From Guillardia theta CCMP2712 (lineage: Eukaryota; Protista; Cryptophyta): 64,000 bases of DNA. Shown here in pieces: positions 59,601 through 64,000 of the stretch. How positions within the stretch are numbered: the first letter of the stretch is position 1; every line of letters starts with the position of its first letter. The stretch spans positions 1 through 64,000 of the forward strand of contig NW_005434643.1 of NCBI RefSeq assembly GCF_000315625.1, in the 5' to 3' direction. The notes beneath the pieces are model-generated. The model did no database searches. It was given only the letters and a program-made list of their open reading frames with translations, and was not told the origin of the DNA. The position numbers were made by a program, and so were the translations under genes.

Positions 59601-62600
59601 CCTGCTGGGACGCCTGTCCTTGAGCGAGCAGGTCCAGACCGTCCTCACGCACTGCTCCTGCTCCTCCTCCCTCTATTGCATCGGGCCGACGAGGATCTTC
59701 TTGACCGACTCCCTCCTCTCCCTTCTTGAGGACCTCCGCTCCAAGGTGGTCAAGTCCTCCGCCAAGGCCCTTGAGAGACACGTCCTTGCATGGCAGTGCA
59801 GGAGACGAACAGCGCCTGCAGCTGTGCAGGAAGAGGATGCTTCTTCTTCTTCCTCCTCCTCCCGTGCTTCGCTCCTTGTTCGGGATCTGGCAGAATGGCC
59901 GGCGGATCGCGTGTGTAGTACCTCGCTGAGGGTAACGATCAGCGGGTGTGGCAGCTGCGGGCAGGTGGAGGCAGCGATCGGCCCAGCTGAAGGCCTGGTG
60001 GGAAGAGTGGAGGAGCAGGTAACGTTGACTGTGTGCGAGGGCAGTTTGTGAGTGTGTGCAGCTGGACAAGACAAGAATGATGATGACGACGATGCTGGAG
60101 AAGCTGAAGGGGAGGGGCAGGGAGGGCCAGCTTGAGGTGAAGTCTCTCAGCTGGGAGACGCCGGGGCTGACGGTGGGAAGCAGGAGGAAGTGGAGCAGAC
60201 GAGTGGCAGGATGGCTGAGAAGCTTCGAGAGCTGGAAGAGGTCGACCTGCCTGCTCGATCTCCCTCCCTGCTCTTCCCCTCCTCCTTCTCCCTCCTCCCT
60301 CTTCCTCCTTCCTCCTCCTCCTCCTCCTCCTCCTCCATCCTCTTTCTTCCTCTCCCCTTACTTCCTCTTAGGTCTCGACCCATCTCCATGAGGTCCAGCA
60401 GGCGGTAGAACGTCACTTGGATCAGAATCTGAAGCAGCAGGCGGTCACGAGAGCGAGCCTGGAGCAGGTGAAGCACCTCATGCTAAACCTCATGCTCCCC
60501 TCCTCTCCCTCCTCTCTACTTGGCTTCTCCCTCTTCTTTTCTTCTCTCCTCTCCCATCACCTTTTCCTCTTCTCGTAATTCTCACTCCTTTTTCCCATCC
60601 CATTCCCATCCCACCTCTCCTCTCCTCTCCTCTCCTCTCCTCTCCTCTCCTCTCCTCTCCTCTCCTGTCATAGNNNNNNNNNNNNNNNNNNNNNNNNNNN
60701 NNNNNNNNNNNNNNNNNNNNNNNNNNNNNNNNNNNNNNNNNNNNNNNNNNNNNNNNNNNNNNNNNNNNNNNNNNNNNNNNNNNNNNNNNNNNNNNNNNNN
60801 NNNNNNNNNNNNNNNNNNNNNNNNNNNNNNNNNNNNNNNNNNNNNNNNNNNNNNNNNNNNNNNNNNNNNNNNNNNNNNNNNNNNNNNNNNNNNNNNNNNN
60901 NNNNNNNNNNNNNNNNNNNNNNNNNNNNNNNNNNNNNNNNNNNNNNNNNNNNNNNNNNNNNNNNNNNNNNNNNNNNNNNNNNNNNNNNNNNNNNNNNNNN
61001 NNNNNNNNNNNNNNNNNNNNNNNNNNNNNNNNNNNNNNNNNNNNNNNNNNNNNNNNNNNNNNNNNNNNNNNNNNNNNNNNNNNNNNNNNNNNNNNNNNNN
61101 NNNNNNNNNNNNNNTCCTTCATAACCTCTGCTGCTCTGTCCTCCCCTCCCCTTCCTCCTCTCTTCCTCTCCTCTCTGTCCCTCTCAACTTCGTCATACCC
61201 CGTGCAGGCCAGAGCCAAGGTAGAGGAACTGGAGGAAGAGCTGCGAGGGAGGCGGCAGAAGGAGGAGGAGGTAGGAAACGCGCTGTCCCTGCTGCAAGAT
61301 CGCTGACTGCAAGGGCTAGGGATCGAGTCTCCTCCTTGCACTGCTGGAGCAACTGAGGAGCGAAATCAAGCTTGCCCAAGAGGAAGCAGAGCGTGCGGCT
61401 CAGATGGCAGAGCAGGAGGCGGCAGGAAAGGAGGGGGGGCAAGAGACGGAATCTACTCAGCAGCATGCCGGCGAGGAGGAAGCGGAGGAGGAGGACGCTT
61501 CCTTGCAGCGTGAAGCAGTGCGCGAGGAGTCTGAGGAGTCGCCAGAGAAGGCAGAGGAGGGAGAAGCGGTGGAGGAAGGATCCCCTGAAGAAGAGAAAGA
61601 AGTGCAAGACGGCGACAAGGAGGAGGAGGAGGAGGAGGAGGAGGAGAAAGAAGAGGAGGAGAGGCAGAAAGAGGGAGAGAGGGAGGACGAGGGCAAGGCT
61701 AGTCAGGAAGCGGAGGAAGTGGAGGAAGCGTCTACTTCCCAAGAGGACCTGAAACCCCACGTGCAGCATCAGGATGCAGAGGTTCAGTGCGATCCTGCTG
61801 AGGTGAAACTCCTTCCTTCATTATCTCCGCCCCTGTCCCTCCTCCTCAGGACACTTCCCTCCTCCAACCCTCCTCCAACCCTCCTCTCCTCTTCCTTGAT
61901 CCTCACTCTTCTCTCTTCCTCCTCTTCCCTCCCTTGATCCTCGCTCTTCTCTCTTCCTCCTCTCTCCTCACTTGTATCTGACTCACTGGCCAGCAGGAGC
62001 AGAGCAAGAGCAGCAAGGAAGTGCAAGTCAGCGAGCAGAGGACGTTTCCTTCTTTCGACCAGCTCTGGCAGGAGTGGCCGAAGGTCGTCGGGTCCTCTGA
62101 GGAGGAGGGCGCGCCGGGCTATCGGCCGTTCAACTGCAAGCTGATGGTGGAGAAGGAGGGGAGCTGGAAGGTGAGGAGAGAGAAGGAGAGGGAAGAAGGG
62201 AGGAGAGGAGAGGAGAGGGGATGGGATGGGAGGACGTGAAGGAGGGAGGGAGGAGGAAGGGAGGAGGAAGGATGGCGTCAGGGAAACGTGGGAGGGAGGG
62301 AGATGAAAGGAGGAGGAGGAGATGCAGGAGGAGAATGGGGGGAGGTGACACTGTGTGGCAGGTCATCAACAAGCCCATGGAGAGCCTCGAGAAGGTCCAG
62401 GCGCGTGAGAAATCTTTCATGCTCCAGGTTTGGAGGACAATCTCCGATATGGCGGCGCGCGAGGAGGCCCACCTGCCGGCCCCTACCCCGTCCCCACCAG
62501 CCCCCCAGCAGATCTCCACCCCCCAACGAGCTGAGAAGGCGGAGGAGGGAACGCCTTTGCGGGCCATCACCAACCTGCAGGAGGGGATGAAGTCCCAGGG

Positions 62601-62706
62601 CAAGAGGGACAGGAGGGTTACAGCTGGAGACGCTGCTGGAGAAGGAGCCCGAGGATCTCCTTTCAAACCTAGATTCTCACTGCAGAGGAGCCCAGCTAAG
62701 GGGTGA
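56663..62706 (+). CDS. Highly divergent myosin-head-like protein (SH3-like N-terminus, degenerate motor, IQ-like, coiled-coil/acidic tail), multi-exon
   Basis: IWVRP...WVEAQV (myosin N-terminal SH3-like), DSLTSLKHIDLPNALHALRLR...YDTRAGPFLL, PQLCIIEG, SFQQLAARLMDDLL, YFDASFCELQLR, REGLDRSFSHELFVHRYHPL and YCIGPTRIFL occur in myosin order. An N gap at 60674-61114 lies in an intronic region. Confidence 0.75.
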
Positions 62707-62733
62707 GCAGGAAGTATAACGTCAAAAATCCCT

Positions 62734-64000
62734 ATGAGCGAGCCTGATGACCCCCCTCCTCGGCCTGCTGGGGGAGTGATGGGGTCCCTTTCCTCTGCTC
62801 ATCCTTGCTGTAGCGAAGTTTGTGCCTTCTCGGAGTATCTCCTGCTGGACCAGTCAAGCTGGGAGGGCCTCAACTTTGACAAGGTATCACTTGTCAGGCC
62901 GCTGGTCTCCTTGGCCACGAAGAGAGAATTCATCCTGATGTCCTCCGGCCCCTTGTGCTCCTCGCAACATCTGCCGGGAAAATTGAGACTCTCCTTTCCC
63001 TCCTCTGCCCTGCCCTGCCCTCCTCTCCCTCTCCTCTCCTCCCCCCCCCTCTCCTCTCCCTCTCCTCTCCTTCTCCTCCCCTCTCCTCTTCTCCTCTCCC
63101 GTCACTATCCCCGTCCCATACCTCTCCTTCTCTCCCCCCTCGTCGTCGCTTCTCTCCTCCCCTCTCTCTCCCCTCGCTTGTCTTTTTCCCGCTCTCCTCC
63201 CGCTCCTCCTCCCTCACGTTGTGATCTTGTCTGTCGGCTTCCCGTGCGTGGGTTTGCGTTGGCAGAGGGGGTAGCGACATCGCATGTTGAACAGGAGGAT
63301 CATTCCTGGCTCTCTGTGCTGCCAGCACATCCTCGCCGTGCTATCCGTCTAGAGACAACGGAATGAGCTCCTCCTCCTCCTCCTCCTATTCCCCTCCCCC
63401 CCCCCCCCACCCCTCGTCCTCCTCCTCTCACTTTCATGCCGTACAGCGGGAAGTTTGCGCATCCACTCTGCCGGCCTCCTCCAGGAGGCTTGTAGCGACA
63501 CCTACCAAGATGGTCAAACCCTCCAGCTGACCTCCTGCTCTCCTCAACCGCTGGTGAACGACGTCGACGTAGTCATTTTCCTTGTGCTTGGAGCATTTCG
63601 TGGGGTGGATGGCCCCTGGTGGGGTTCAGGTGGTGGAGAAACGGGGTCAGACTGCAAGTAAGCGGGAGGGAGGGGGAGGATGAGCAGGCGAAGGAGCATC
63701 GCATCGATGTCTCATCCAGAGCTCCACAGCACTAGAGCAAACCACATCCCCCCACATCCTCCTCCTCGTCCTCGTCTTCCTCCCACATCGTCCTCCTCCT
63801 CCTCCTCCTCCTCCTCCTCCCTCACCTGGCTTACTGTACGTGGCCCTCAGAGGACAGCCCTGGTGGTCGCATTTCCTTTTGTGAACGACCTGAGCTGCCG
63901 GCGTCAGCGACTGACGTTCTCGCCCACCCCAACTCCTCCCTCCCTCCTTCCCACCTCTCCTTCCCTTCCCTTCCCTTCCCTTCCCTTGTCTCCCTCCCTC
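62734..64000 (+). CDS. Hypothetical multi-exon gene (3' partial)
   Basis: ATG-initiated exon MSEPDDPPP... of ordinary complexity, followed by polypyrimidine introns and further short exons. No motif recognised. Confidence 0.35.

Overview
Intron-rich eukaryotic nuclear DNA, most likely from a cryptophyte alga (Guillardia theta-like). This rests on a nuclear phycoerythrin alpha subunit with an ASA-FAP bipartite presequence, a phytochrome-eukaryotic kinase hybrid, and ~45-55 nt introns mixed with long homopurine/homopyrimidine introns. About 20 spliced genes were reconstructed by hand, so boundaries are approximate. They are: a WW protein, KATNAL2, alanine aminotransferase, cpeA, two PDZ proteins, a mitochondrial-carrier-family protein, an M13 peptidase, a switch-degenerate kinesin, RPS25, a PAS-GAF-PHY-PAS-kinase-RING phytochrome, a plastid-targeted membrane protein with a SAM domain, a signal-peptide-bearing Regnase-type PIN/NYN protein, Gemin6, a tandem cNMP-binding protein, a P-loop-dead myosin and several hypotheticals. 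The most notable observations: (1) the phytochrome joins photosensor, Ser/Thr kinase, RING E3 and an unassigned C-terminal domain; (2) both cNMP domains carry the same Cys-paired ~16-aa insertion in the phosphate-binding cassette; (3) a hidden three-exon SAM domain sits on a plastid membrane protein; (4) the kinesin, myosin and PIN protein look like pseudo-enzymes; (5) two distinct non-coding sequence dialects (GC-rich shuffled palindromes and TACCC/GGGTA-rich tracts) mark gene 5' intergenic regions. Four assembly gaps are present. Most short ORFs in the supplied track are low-complexity or antisense artefacts.
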